From: an uncultured Trueperaceae bacterium | GTDB lineage: Bacteria; Deinococcota; Deinococci; Deinococcales; Trueperaceae | Assembly: GCA_963815215.1 (NCBI GenBank) | Contig: CAWFFU010000011.1 | Location: 256,001-320,000, forward strand | Length of the DNA stretch: 64,000 bases | Direction of reading: 5' to 3' | Shown: in pieces, positions 22,516-32,718 of the stretch | Layout of the letters: each line of letters starts with the position of its first letter | Numbering within the stretch: the stretch's first letter is position 1 | Notes under the pieces: model-generated | The model's database searches: none | What the model saw: only the letters and a program-made list of their open reading frames with translations | Told to the model about the DNA's origin: nothing | Program-made: the position numbers and the translations under genes

Positions 22516-23538
22516 CTGACCACCGACGCCCCCCGGCAGCCTGGCGAGGCCGCCGGAGCGGCCACGGGGTACCTGCTGGTCGTCATCGCAGCGGTGCTCT
22601 GGGGGCTGCTCGGGGTGTTCGCCAAGGGCATCCTTGCCGCAGGGGTGGGGCCGTTGGAGATCTCGTTCTGGCGCGCCACCCTGGCGGGTTCGGCCTTCCT
22701 CATCCACGGCCTGGCGCGCGGCCGGGTGCGACTGGCACGCCGCACCGACCTGTTCCCCTTCGTCGGCTTCGCGATGGTAGGGGTGACGCTGTTCTACGCC
22801 TCCTTGAACCTCTCGATCGCGGCGGGCGGCGTGAGCCTGGCGATCGTCCTGATGTACAGCGCCCCCGCATTCGTAGTGGTGCTGGCCGCCCTCCTTCTGG
22901 GCGAGCGCCTCACCGTCGCCAAGGTCGTGCTGGTGGTGCTGGCCACAATCGGCGTGGCGCTGGTGGCAGGCGGGGGCGGGACGGGCATCGACGTGAACGC
23001 CCGCTCGGTGGGCTGGGGCCTGACGGCCGGCCTCTCCTACGCCAGCTACTACCTGTTCGGCAAATGGGTGCTGGCGCGCTACGCCCCCGTCACCATCTAC
23101 GCTCTGGTGTTGCCGTTGGGAGCGTTGGGGCTGCTCCCGCTGGTCCACTTCCACGCCAAGCGGCCGGAGACCTGGCTGCTGCTGGCGGCGCTGGCGCTGA
23201 TCAGCACCTACCTCGCCTACCTCGCCTATTACAGCGGGCTGAAGCGGGTAGAGGCCTCGCGGGCGGTGCTGGTGGCAACGGTGGAACCGGTCGTCGCCGC
23301 CAGCCTGGCCGCGGCGCTGTTCGGTGAGCGTTTCGGCCTGCAAGGTCTGGCGGGCGCCGGCCTGATCCTGCTCTCAGCACTGCTCTCGGCGCTGCCCGCC
23401 CTGCGCCGCCGGCCGTTGGAGCGGCGCGCGCTGGCGGCGCGCAGGCGAGGCCGGGACGCACCGCGCCCGGACGCCGACGAACCGGACGCGCGCCGTGACC
23501 CCGACCCGCCCTCGCAGGACGGTGTCGAGGCGCCTTGA
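22516..23538 (+). CDS. EamA/DMT family transporter
   Basis: About ten TM helices; GYLLVVIAAVLWG lies upstream of the first in-frame GTG (22594), so a CTG start at 22516 after GGAG is proposed. Confidence 0.85.
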   Translation: MTTDAPRQPGEAAGAATGYLLVVIAAVLWGLLGVFAKGILAAGVGPLEISFWRATLAGSAFLIHGLARGRVRLARRTDLFPFVGFAMVGVTLFYASLNLSIAAGGVSLAIVLMYSAPAFVVVLAALLLGERLTVAKVVLVVLATIGVALVAGGGGTGIDVNARSVGWGLTAGLSYASYYLFGKWVLARYAPVTIYALVLPLGALGLLPLVHFHAKRPETWLLLAALALISTYLAYLAYYSGLKRVEASRAVLVATVEPVVAASLAAALFGERFGLQGLAGAGLILLSALLSALPALRRRPLERRALAARRRGRDAPRPDADEPDARRDPDPPSQDGVEAP

Positions 23539-23563
23539 CCGCCCCCCGACCCGGTGCTAGAGT
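23535..23563 (+). promoter_or_regulatory. Sigma70-type promoter of the arg cluster
   Basis: TTGACC (23535-40), 17 nt spacer, TG-c-TAGAGT extended -10 (23555-63). Confidence 0.7.
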
Positions 23564-23598
23564 TGCATCGTTATCGGTAGCGTTGAATAATGCTGCGC
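23561..23598 (+). promoter_or_regulatory. Probable tandem ARG boxes (ArgR operator)
   Basis: AGTTGCATCGTTATCGGT and CGTTGAATAATGCTGCGC, two 18-mers with TGMAT half-sites, 2 nt apart, in an AT-rich patch overlapping the argG promoter. Confidence 0.55.
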
Positions 23599-23731
23599 TG
23601 CCGCAACGGAATCCGATGCGCAACGCCCTGACCCACCCCCGCGCCCGACGCTGAGCCGCTCTCCGGAGCGGATCCCAACTCGTGGCGACCCCCGGGGGTC
23701 GGATCGGGGCAGTGCTTTGCAGGAGGAACGC

Positions 23732-24970
<1,239 letters not shown>

Positions 24971-25004
24971 GCCGGCCGATCGCCCGGCCGTCGGCGGGAC
25001 CGCG

Positions 25005-25496
25005 GTGAGCTCGGTGGCGACCCTACCCTCCGTATCCGGCCGGACCGCCGCTACCGGCAAGGCGCGGCTGCGCTGGGCGGGGCTTCGAGATCTGCAGGCG
25101 CTGTGCACGCTGTTCCGCGCGGCGCGGCCCGAGCAGGCCAACGACGAGGCGGAGATGGCGTCATGGCTCGAGCACGGCGGTGCCATCGTCCTCGAAGCGG
25201 AAGGCAGGCCGCTGGCGGCGCTGCGCTGGCGCGAGGAGGGGCCGGGCTGGCGTGTGGACCCGGTCGCCAGCCTCCCCGAGGAACGGGGCATGGGGTACGG
25301 TCGCTGGCTGATGACGAAGGTCGAAGCGCACGCCATCCGCTCCAACATCCCTATCCTGACGGTCGAGCTGCCCTCCGGCGAAGCGCTGGCGTACTACCGC
25401 CGGATGGGCTACCGCAGACCCGATCCGGAGCGCGAGCCGACCACGCTGGTCAAACGCGTGGGGGGCACCTGGCAAGTCCAAGAGGGCGAGCGTTGA
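25005..25496 (+). CDS. GNAT family acetyltransferase
   Basis: [13 protein letters not shown] acetyl-CoA motif A; YYRRMGY. Confidence 0.75.
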   Translation: MSSVATLPSVSGRTAATGKARLRWAGLRDLQALCTLFRAARPEQANDEAEMASWLEHGGAIVLEAEGRPLAALRWREEGPGWRVDPVASLPEERGMGYGRWLMTKVEAHAIRSNIPILTVELPSGEALAYYRRMGYRRPDPEREPTTLVKRVGGTWQVQEGER

Positions 25497-26932
25497 GCGA
25501 CGATCCGTCCCGGGACCGGCAGGCCGGCGCCTCGGCGGCCAGCGACCGGCGCATGTGGGGCGGGCGCTTCAGCGAGCCGACCGACGCTCTGGTGCAGAGG
25601 GTCAACGCCTCGGTCGGTTTCGACCGTGCGCTGGCCGAGGAGGACATCGCCGGTTCGCTCGCTCACGCCGCCATGCTGGCCGACCGGGGCATCCTGAGCG
25701 CCGACGATGCCGACGCCATCCGCGCCGGCCTCGAGGCCATCGGCGAGGACATCCGCACCGGCGCCTTCGCGTGGCGCGAGGACCTCGAGGACGTCCACAT
25801 GAACATCGAGTGGGCGCTCACCGAGCGCATCGGGCCGGCCGGCGGACGGCTGCACACCGCGCGCAGCCGCAACGATCAGGTCGCCACCGACTTCCGGCTC
25901 TATCTGCGCCGCCGTCAACACAACCTGGAGCGTCTGCTCCACGCCCTTCGCGCCACCCTCGCCGACCTGGCCGAGCGCCACATCGATGTGATCATGCCGG
26001 GCTACACCCATCTGCAGGTGGCCCAGCCGGTGCGGTTGGCACACCACCTGCTGGCCTACGCCGAGATGCTCGGGCGCGACCAGGGTCGCCTGCGCGACGC
26101 CCGCGTCCGCATGAACGAGAGCCCCCTGGGGGCCGGCGCACTGGCCGGCACGGGCTTCCCCATCGACCGGCAGGGCACCGCCCGCGCGCTGGGCTTCGAC
26201 GCCCCCAGTGCGAACTCGCTCGACGCCGTCTCCGACCGTGACTTCGCACTGGAGACGCTGTCCGCGTTAGCCGTACTGATGATGCACCTGTCGCGGCTGA
26301 GCGAGGAGCTCATCTTGTGGTCGAGCCAGGAGTTCGGGTTCGCGACGCTCCCCGACAGCCACACCACCGGGAGCTCGATCATGCCGCAGAAGAAGAACCC
26401 CGACGTGTGCGAGCTGGTGCGCGGCAAGACGGGGCGCGTCTACGGCGCGTTGATGGGCCTGCTCACGGTGATGAAGGGTCTACCGCTGGCCTACAACAAG
26501 GACCTCCAGGAGGACAAGGAGGGCGTCATCGACGCCGCCGACACCGCCGAGGACGCGCTGCGCCTCTACCTCGACATGCTCCCGCGCGTCGCCTTCCATG
26601 CCGATCGCATGCGCTCCGCGGCGGCCAACGCGTTCAGCAACGCCACCGATCTGGCGGATTACCTGGTACGCAAGGGCCTGCCGTTCCGCGAAGCGCACCA
26701 TGTGGTCGGCGAGCTGGTGCGGCGGGCACTCGACGCCGGGCTCACCCTGGAGCAGCTGCCTCTGGAGACCCTGCGGGCCGCCAGTGACCGCATCGAGCCA
26801 GACGTCTATCCGGCGCTGGCGCTCGAGAACGTGGTGGATGCGCGCCAGAGTTACGGCGGGACCGCGCGGTCGCAGGTCGAGCACCAGATCGCGCGGCTGC
26901 GCCAGGCATTGCAGTCGGAGCCCGAGCCGTGA
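25493..26932 (+). CDS. argH: Argininosuccinate lyase
   Basis: [39 protein letters not shown]; start TTG 25493 or ATG 25553. Confidence 0.97.
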   Translation: MSDDPSRDRQAGASAASDRRMWGGRFSEPTDALVQRVNASVGFDRALAEEDIAGSLAHAAMLADRGILSADDADAIRAGLEAIGEDIRTGAFAWREDLEDVHMNIEWALTERIGPAGGRLHTARSRNDQVATDFRLYLRRRQHNLERLLHALRATLADLAERHIDVIMPGYTHLQVAQPVRLAHHLLAYAEMLGRDQGRLRDARVRMNESPLGAGALAGTGFPIDRQGTARALGFDAPSANSLDAVSDRDFALETLSALAVLMMHLSRLSEELILWSSQEFGFATLPDSHTTGSSIMPQKKNPDVCELVRGKTGRVYGALMGLLTVMKGLPLAYNKDLQEDKEGVIDAADTAEDALRLYLDMLPRVAFHADRMRSAAANAFSNATDLADYLVRKGLPFREAHHVVGELVRRALDAGLTLEQLPLETLRAASDRIEPDVYPALALENVVDARQSYGGTARSQVEHQIARLRQALQSEPEP

Positions 26933-27507
26933 GCGTGCAGCAACCCCGCGAGGATCGTTCGCAGGCCGCCACCGTGACCGTGCGCCACGCCACCTCCGAG
27001 GACGTGCCGCTGATCTTCGACAACATCCGCCACTGGGCGGGCAAGGGTCGCATGCTGGTGCGCCCCATGCAGAACATCTTCGAGAACCTGCGCGACTTCT
27101 TCGTCGCCGAGATCGACGAGGGCGACGGTCCGACGTTCGCCGGCAACGGCGCCATCCACGTCCTGTGGGGCGACATCGCCGAGGTCCGCGGTCTGGCCGT
27201 CGCTCCGGGTATCCAGGCGCGCGGCGTCGGGCGGCGTCTGGTCGAGGCGTGCGAGGCCGAGGCCCGCCGCGTCGGCATCCCCGTGCTCTTCGCATGGACC
27301 TACGAGGTGGGCTTCTTCGAGCGCTGCGGCTTCGGCCTCATCGACAAGAGCCGCGACCTCCACCCCCGGGTGTGGTCGGAGTGCCTGCGCTGCCCGCTCT
27401 ACCAGGGCTGCAACGAGAACGGCGTGGTGAAGCGCCTGGACGGCGTGCCGATGCCGCGCAACCTGCCCGAGCCGCCGCCCGCGCAGGTGCCGCCCGGCAT
27501 CCTCTGA
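26929..27507 (+). CDS. Short ArgA-like N-acetyltransferase (GNAT)
   Basis: [37 protein letters not shown]....CNE, as in short N-acetylglutamate-synthase-like proteins found next to argH. Confidence 0.75.
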   Translation: MSVQQPREDRSQAATVTVRHATSEDVPLIFDNIRHWAGKGRMLVRPMQNIFENLRDFFVAEIDEGDGPTFAGNGAIHVLWGDIAEVRGLAVAPGIQARGVGRRLVEACEAEARRVGIPVLFAWTYEVGFFERCGFGLIDKSRDLHPRVWSECLRCPLYQGCNENGVVKRLDGVPMPRNLPEPPPAQVPPGIL

Positions 27508-27639
27508 CGCCGGCCCCGTCCCCCGACGCAGGGGGCGGCCCACAAGCGGCGCCGCGCGGGCACGCACGGCGCCGCCGAGCTACACCACCCCCACCACCCT
27601 CCGGCACGCGCGGGGGCCCGCAGACCGTACAATCCCGGC

Positions 27640-28656
27640 GTGAGGCGTGACCGGCACGTAGCACTCATCCATACCGGCGGGACACTCGGCATGCGCCGCG
27701 GCCCGCGTGGCTTCGAGCCCGCCCGGGGCCATCTGGCGACGCTGCTCGAGCGCATGCCGGAGCTGGCGGACACGACCCTGCCGAGCTTCGAGCTCGTCGA
27801 GTTCGAGCCGCTCCTCGACTCCGCCGACGTCGAGCCGAGGGACTGGGAGGGCATCGCCCGCGCCGTCCGGGCGCGCTACGACGCCTTCGACGGCTTCGTG
27901 GTGGTGCACGGCACCGACACCATGGCCTACACCGCCTCGGCGCTCTCGTTCCTGCTCGACGGGCTCGCCAAGCCGGTGGTGCTCACCGGCTCGCAGATCC
28001 CGCTCGCCGAGCCACGCAGCGACGCGAGAGAGAACCTCGTCACCTCGCTGCTGCTGGCCGCCCGCGACGACCTGACCGAGGTGTGCCTGTACCTGAACGG
28101 CGTGATCCTGCGCGGCAACCGCAGCACCAAGATCTCGGCCAGCGGCTTCGACGCCTTCACCTCGCCCAACGAGCCACCCCTCGGCACGGCCGGCGTGACG
28201 TTGGCCCTGCGACGCGAGGGGTTGCGGCCGCCCCAGCCCGGTCCCCTCACCGTTACCCCTCTCGCCGACGTGTCGGTCGCCGCCTTACGACTCTTCCCCG
28301 GAGTGCGCTCGGACCTGCTGCGCACGCTCCTGGCGGCCCCCGTTGCGGGGCTGGTGCTCGAGACCTACGGCTCGGGCAACGCGCCGCAGCGCGACGAGGC
28401 GCTGTTCGAAGTGCTCGGCGCCGCCACCGCGCGCGGGACCGTGGTGGTCAACTGCACGCAGTGCCTGCGCGGCCGGGTCGACATGGGCGGCTACGTGGGC
28501 GGCGACCGCCTGCGCGAGGCCGGCGTCATCAGCGGGTTCGACATGACCGCCGAGGCCGCCCTGACGAAGCTCATCTGGCTGCTCAGCCTGGGGCTAGACC
28601 GCCCCGAGATCGAGCGCCGCATGCAGCGCGATCTGCGCGGCGAGCTCACCCCCTGA
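27640..28656 (+). CDS. ansA: Type I L-asparaginase
   Basis: HTGGTLGM, HGTDTMAYTAS, LTGSQIP, RGNRSTK, YGSGN. Confidence 0.93.
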   Translation: MRRDRHVALIHTGGTLGMRRGPRGFEPARGHLATLLERMPELADTTLPSFELVEFEPLLDSADVEPRDWEGIARAVRARYDAFDGFVVVHGTDTMAYTASALSFLLDGLAKPVVLTGSQIPLAEPRSDARENLVTSLLLAARDDLTEVCLYLNGVILRGNRSTKISASGFDAFTSPNEPPLGTAGVTLALRREGLRPPQPGPLTVTPLADVSVAALRLFPGVRSDLLRTLLAAPVAGLVLETYGSGNAPQRDEALFEVLGAATARGTVVVNCTQCLRGRVDMGGYVGGDRLREAGVISGFDMTAEAALTKLIWLLSLGLDRPEIERRMQRDLRGELTP

Positions 28657-28694
28657 GCCGCGCCGGACGCCGTGACCGGCTGTATGCTGACGCC

Positions 28695-29012
28695 ATGGAA
28701 ACGGTCACCCTCGCCCACAGACGCTCCTTCGGCGACGCCTTGAAGAAGGTCCCGCTGTTCGACAGCGAGCGCCTGTTGTTCGACCTCTACTGCCTGCAGC
28801 CCGGGCAGAGCCAACGCGTCCACAGCCACCGGGACGCCGACAAGGTGTACGTGGTGCTCGAGGGCGAGGCCCTCTTCGAGGTGGGCGGCGAGCAGGAGCT
28901 GCTGCCCGAGGGGAGCGCCGTCATCGCCCGCGCGGGCGAGGCTCACGGGGTGCGCAACGACTCCGCCGCCAGCCTGGTGCTGCTGGTGACGATGGCGCCG
29001 AGGCCTGCATGA
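28695..29012 (+). CDS. Cupin domain protein
   Basis: PGQSQRVHSH...KVYVVLEG...GEAHGVRN; TATGCT 6 nt upstream of ATG 28695. Confidence 0.85.
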   Translation: METVTLAHRRSFGDALKKVPLFDSERLLFDLYCLQPGQSQRVHSHRDADKVYVVLEGEALFEVGGEQELLPEGSAVIARAGEAHGVRNDSAASLVLLVTMAPRPA

Positions 29013-29440
29013 ACGCCTCGCCCCGGCTGCCCGCACCGCTCGGCGATCTGGCCCTGGACCACGTCGCGATCGCCGTCGAGACGCTGGACGCAGCCACGGA
29101 CGCCTATCTGGCGTTGGGGATGCGGCCGGCCGGCGACGACGAGACCATCGTGGAGCAGGGCGTCCGAGTCCGACCCCTGCGCCTGGGCGACACCCTGGTG
29201 GAGCTCATGGAACCGATCGCCCCCGAAGGACCGGTGGCCCGCTTCCTGGCCACGCGCGGGCCGGGCCTGCACCACATCGCGCTCAGGGTGCCCGCGCTCG
29301 AGCCTGTGCTGGCCCGTCTCCGGCAGCTCGACGCCCCCCTTCTCGACGAACACCCCCGCACCGGGCGCTCGGGGACGCGCATCGCCTTCGTCCATCCCCG
29401 CTTCACCCACGGCGTGCTCATCGAGCTCGTCGAAGCGTGA
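29009..29440 (+). CDS. mce: Methylmalonyl-CoA epimerase (VOC family)
   Basis: LDHVAIAV, EQGVRV, VELMEP, GPGLHHIA, IAFVHP...GVLIELVE. Confidence 0.85.
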   Translation: MNASPRLPAPLGDLALDHVAIAVETLDAATDAYLALGMRPAGDDETIVEQGVRVRPLRLGDTLVELMEPIAPEGPVARFLATRGPGLHHIALRVPALEPVLARLRQLDAPLLDEHPRTGRSGTRIAFVHPRFTHGVLIELVEA

Positions 29441-29570
29441 GCGCCGGCCGCTACCTCGCGGCCGGCCTGTGGCGAATACCCGACGGCGCGGCCGACGCCG
29501 ACGGATAGAATGGCGCCGTGACGCGAACCACCAACCCCAAGGTCCGCGCCACCGATGCGGAGTCGGCGGC

Positions 29571-30365
29571 GTGAGCACCATCCGACTCGCCATCGTGGGC
29601 GCCGGCAAGATGGGGGGCGCCGTACTGCAGGGAGCCCTGCGGGCCGAGGTGCTGTCGGCCGACGAGATCGGCATCTTCCATCCCAACCCGCGCCGCCTGG
29701 CCGAGCTCTCCGAGCGCTACGGCGTGACCGGCCTGGACGATGACGCGCTCCATCACGCCGAGCGCGTGCTGCTGTCGGTGAAGCCGCAGTCGTTCGACAG
29801 CGTGGCGCCGCTGGTGGCCCAGCGCAACGCCTCGTTCCTGTCGATCATGGCGGGCGTCACCGCCCGCACCATCGCCCGTCGCGTGGGCTCGCAGCGGGTG
29901 ATCCGCGCCATGCCCAACCTGGGAGCGAGCATGGGCGTGAGCGCCACCGCCCTGGCACCGCTGCCGGAGGCCACGGCCGAGGATCTGGCGATGGCCCGGA
30001 CCCTGTTCGGAGCGGTCGGTCGCGTCTACGACGTGCGGGAGGAGCTCTTCGACGCCTTCACCGGCCTCGCCGGCTCCGGTCCGGCGTTCGTCGCAGTGGT
30101 GGCGGAGGCTCTCGCCGACGGCGGCGTGCGTACCGGGCTCGACCGCGACACCTCGCGCGATCTGGCTCGGCAGGTGCTGCTGGCGGCGTCGCGGCTGCTC
30201 GAGTCCAAGCGCCCCAGCGAGCTCAAGGACGAGGTGGCGAGCGCAGGGGGTACGGCCATCGCAGGCATACGGGCGCTCGAGCGCCACCGGCTGCGCTTCG
30301 CCCTCATCGACGCCGTCGAGCAGGCGGCGGAGCGCGCAGCGGCGTTGAGTCGCGAGGACGCCTGA
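29571..30365 (+). CDS. proC: Pyrroline-5-carboxylate reductase
   Basis: IVGAGKMG, VKPQ, RAMPN, GSGPAF, VASAGGTAIAG. Confidence 0.95.
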   Translation: MSTIRLAIVGAGKMGGAVLQGALRAEVLSADEIGIFHPNPRRLAELSERYGVTGLDDDALHHAERVLLSVKPQSFDSVAPLVAQRNASFLSIMAGVTARTIARRVGSQRVIRAMPNLGASMGVSATALAPLPEATAEDLAMARTLFGAVGRVYDVREELFDAFTGLAGSGPAFVAVVAEALADGGVRTGLDRDTSRDLARQVLLAASRLLESKRPSELKDEVASAGGTAIAGIRALERHRLRFALIDAVEQAAERAAALSREDA

Positions 30366-30967
30366 TGACAGGGACGTCGGCGCCCGGCCGTGCGCGTTCC
30401 GCGGCGCTCGGGCTGTTGAGCGTCGCGCTGCTGGTGCTGCTGTCGGTCGGCCTCGCGGCCGATCCGCCCGGCTACTTCCCGGCCCGCGCGGGCATGAGCT
30501 GGACCTACTCCAGCGGCGAGACGCAACAGCTCGCCGGGCCGCGGCAGGTCGACGGCCACCAGGTCATGGTCCTCACGCACTACTTCAACGGCGTGCCGAT
30601 CTCCGAGGACTACCTGCAGTTCGGCCCGGACGGGGTGAAGACGCTCGGGACCGCGGCGGGAGGCAAGGTGACGCTCTACCCCACCCCGCTGACCGTCTAC
30701 CCCGCCGCGCCCCTGAAGCCGGGCGCACAGTGGCAGAGCACGACCAAGCTGCCGTCGTTCGACATCACGCTGTCGTCCGAGGTCCTGGGCGTGCGCGGGG
30801 TCAAGACGCAGGCGGGGCGTTTCAACGCCCTCCAGATCCGTCAGCGAACCCTCACCAGCAACGGCGCCAAGACCGTCATGGATCTGTTCTTCGTGCCCAG
30901 CGTAGGCATCGTGCGGTTCGTGACGCAGGACGGAACCACCATCGACCTGATCGACAAGAACTTCTGA
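30365..30967 (+). CDS. Secreted beta-rich hypothetical protein
   Basis: Signal peptide, YFP...WTY, V.T.AG.F, FVPSVGIVR pattern. Confidence 0.65.
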   Translation: MTGTSAPGRARSAALGLLSVALLVLLSVGLAADPPGYFPARAGMSWTYSSGETQQLAGPRQVDGHQVMVLTHYFNGVPISEDYLQFGPDGVKTLGTAAGGKVTLYPTPLTVYPAAPLKPGAQWQSTTKLPSFDITLSSEVLGVRGVKTQAGRFNALQIRQRTLTSNGAKTVMDLFFVPSVGIVRFVTQDGTTIDLIDKNF

Positions 30968-30974
30968 GGCTCGC

Positions 30975-32201
30975 TCAGCCGCGCCCCAGCAGCTCCGCCT
31001 TGAAGGCCGCGAAGCGATCGTCGGCCAGGCTGGCGCGGATGTCCTCCATCAGACGCGCCATGAAGCGCAAGTTGTGCACGCTCACGAGTTGCTGGGCGAG
31101 CTGCTCGTTGGCCTTGAACAGATGCCGCACGTAGCTCCGGCTGAAGCCCGTGCAGGTCGAGCAATCGCACCCCGCCTCCAGTGGCCGCAGGTCCTCGACG
31201 AAGCGCGCGTTGCGCAGGTTGAGGCGGAAGTTGGCGATCGGCTCGCCGTCGTCTCCGCGCCGCACGAATGCCGCGCCGTTGCGGGCGTTCCGGGTCGGCG
31301 CCACGCAGTCGAAGGTGTCCACACCCCGCTCGACGGCCTCGAGGATGCTCGGCACGTCGCCGATGCCCAGAAGATGCCGCGGTTTGCCCTCGGGCAACTC
31401 GGGCACCGTCCAATCGAGCACCGCGTACATGTCCTGGAGGGTGCTCCCCAGGTTCCCGCCGATCGCCATGCCGTCGAACGGCATGGCGGCGATGGTGGCG
31501 GCGCTCTCCCGGCGCAACCCCTGGAAGGCGCCCCCCTGCACCACCCCGAACAGGGCCTGCGGGTGAGCGTGCCTGGGCCCGGAGCTCTCGAACGCGCGCA
31601 GGCTGCGCTCGGCCCAGCGGTGCGTGCGCTGCATCGAGCGGCGCGTGTACTCCTCGTCGTGGAGCGGGCTGGTGCACTCGTCGAAGGCGAGCACCATGTC
31701 CGCGCCCAGGGCACGTTGCACGTCGATGGAGACCTCAGGCGAGAAGGTATGGAGGCTGCCATCGATGTGGCTCTTGAAGCGCACCCCCTCCTCGCGAATG
31801 CGCACCATCGAGCGGCCCCCTGGCAGACGCGGCGGCGCCTCGCCGGGGAAGATCGACGCCACCTTGCCGACGCCGTGCTCGATGGACGCGCCCAGCGAGA
31901 ACACCTGGAAGCCGCCCGAATCGGTCAGGATCGGGCCGTTCCAGTTCATGAAGCGGTGGAGCCCGCCGTGCCGCTCGACGACGTCGGCTCCCGGCCGCAG
32001 GTACAGATGGTAGGTGTTGGCGAACAGCAGCTGCGTTCCCGTGGCGGCCACCGCGTCCGGCGCCACCCCCTTGACCGCTGCCTGGGTGCCCACCACGACG
32101 AACGCTGGCGTGCGCACCGTGCCGTGCGGTGTCTCGAGCGTACCCAGCCGCGCCGCGCCGCGGCGCTGCTGGAGGGTGAAGGTCAGGGCATGCGTATCCA
32201 T
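30975..32201 (-). CDS. tgt: tRNA-guanine(34) transglycosylase
   Basis: NTYHLYLRPG, TDSGGFQVFS, DEC, GVVQGG, DTFDCVAPTR, CDCSTC...HN zinc site. Confidence 0.96.
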   Translation of the reverse strand: MDTHALTFTLQQRRGAARLGTLETPHGTVRTPAFVVVGTQAAVKGVAPDAVAATGTQLLFANTYHLYLRPGADVVERHGGLHRFMNWNGPILTDSGGFQVFSLGASIEHGVGKVASIFPGEAPPRLPGGRSMVRIREEGVRFKSHIDGSLHTFSPEVSIDVQRALGADMVLAFDECTSPLHDEEYTRRSMQRTHRWAERSLRAFESSGPRHAHPQALFGVVQGGAFQGLRRESAATIAAMPFDGMAIGGNLGSTLQDMYAVLDWTVPELPEGKPRHLLGIGDVPSILEAVERGVDTFDCVAPTRNARNGAAFVRRGDDGEPIANFRLNLRNARFVEDLRPLEAGCDCSTCTGFSRSYVRHLFKANEQLAQQLVSVHNLRFMARLMEDIRASLADDRFAAFKAELLGRG

Positions 32202-32383
32202 GGTGGCGGCCCGCCATCTTACCCGCTTCCCGCCGGCGGCAGCGTTCCGTCAGCCCCACGGCCGAGACGGGACAACGATCCCTCCCGGCACACCGTGACG
32301 CCGATGTTAAGCTCCTGTTTGGCGGATTTCACGTGTTCTCACCGACGAGCAGCGTAGTATGCACGTGTCGGGCAGGTCCCGAC

Positions 32384-32456
32384 CTTGGAAGCGATGAAGC
32401 CTGTCTCACCACGTGGGCGCTTGAGACGGGTGGAGCGAGTAGCGCAACCGGCCAAG
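32384..32456 (+). ncRNA. c-di-GMP-II riboswitch aptamer 1
   Basis: CTTGG-AAGCGATGAAG-CCTGTCTCA-ccacgTGGGCGCt-TGAGACGGG-TGGAGCGAGTAGCGCAACCGG-CCAAG: P1 cttgg/ccaag, kink-turn-type TGAA/GGAG, stem, pseudoknot GCGC/GCGC and AGTAG.GCAACCG tail, as in the class II consensus. Confidence 0.88.
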
Positions 32457-32573
32457 ATGAGTCACCCCTCATCGACAGCCTGACAGTGCCCACGAACGAC
32501 CCCTTCCGGGGTCGACCAGGGCGACCACGGTATCCGAGCCCGGTGCATCCGCGCCGCACGCAACGGTCCCGAG

Positions 32574-32648
32574 GCCTTGGACGCGATGAAACCTGTCCTG
32601 CACTTGGGCGCTTGGGACAGGTGGAGCGAGTAGCGCAACCGGCCAGGC
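32574..32648 (+). ncRNA. c-di-GMP-II riboswitch aptamer 2
   Basis: GCCTTGG-ACGCGATGAA-ACCTGTCCTG-cactTGGGCGCt-TGGGACAGGT-GGAGCGAGTAGCGCAACCGG-CCAGGC; same core as aptamer 1 with compensatory stem changes. Confidence 0.88.
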
Positions 32649-32718
32649 AGGTCCGCAGGTTTGCAGGCTTCCCATCGTCGGTCAGGCGCCCCGATCTCTT
32701 CGCGATGCGAGGATGGCG

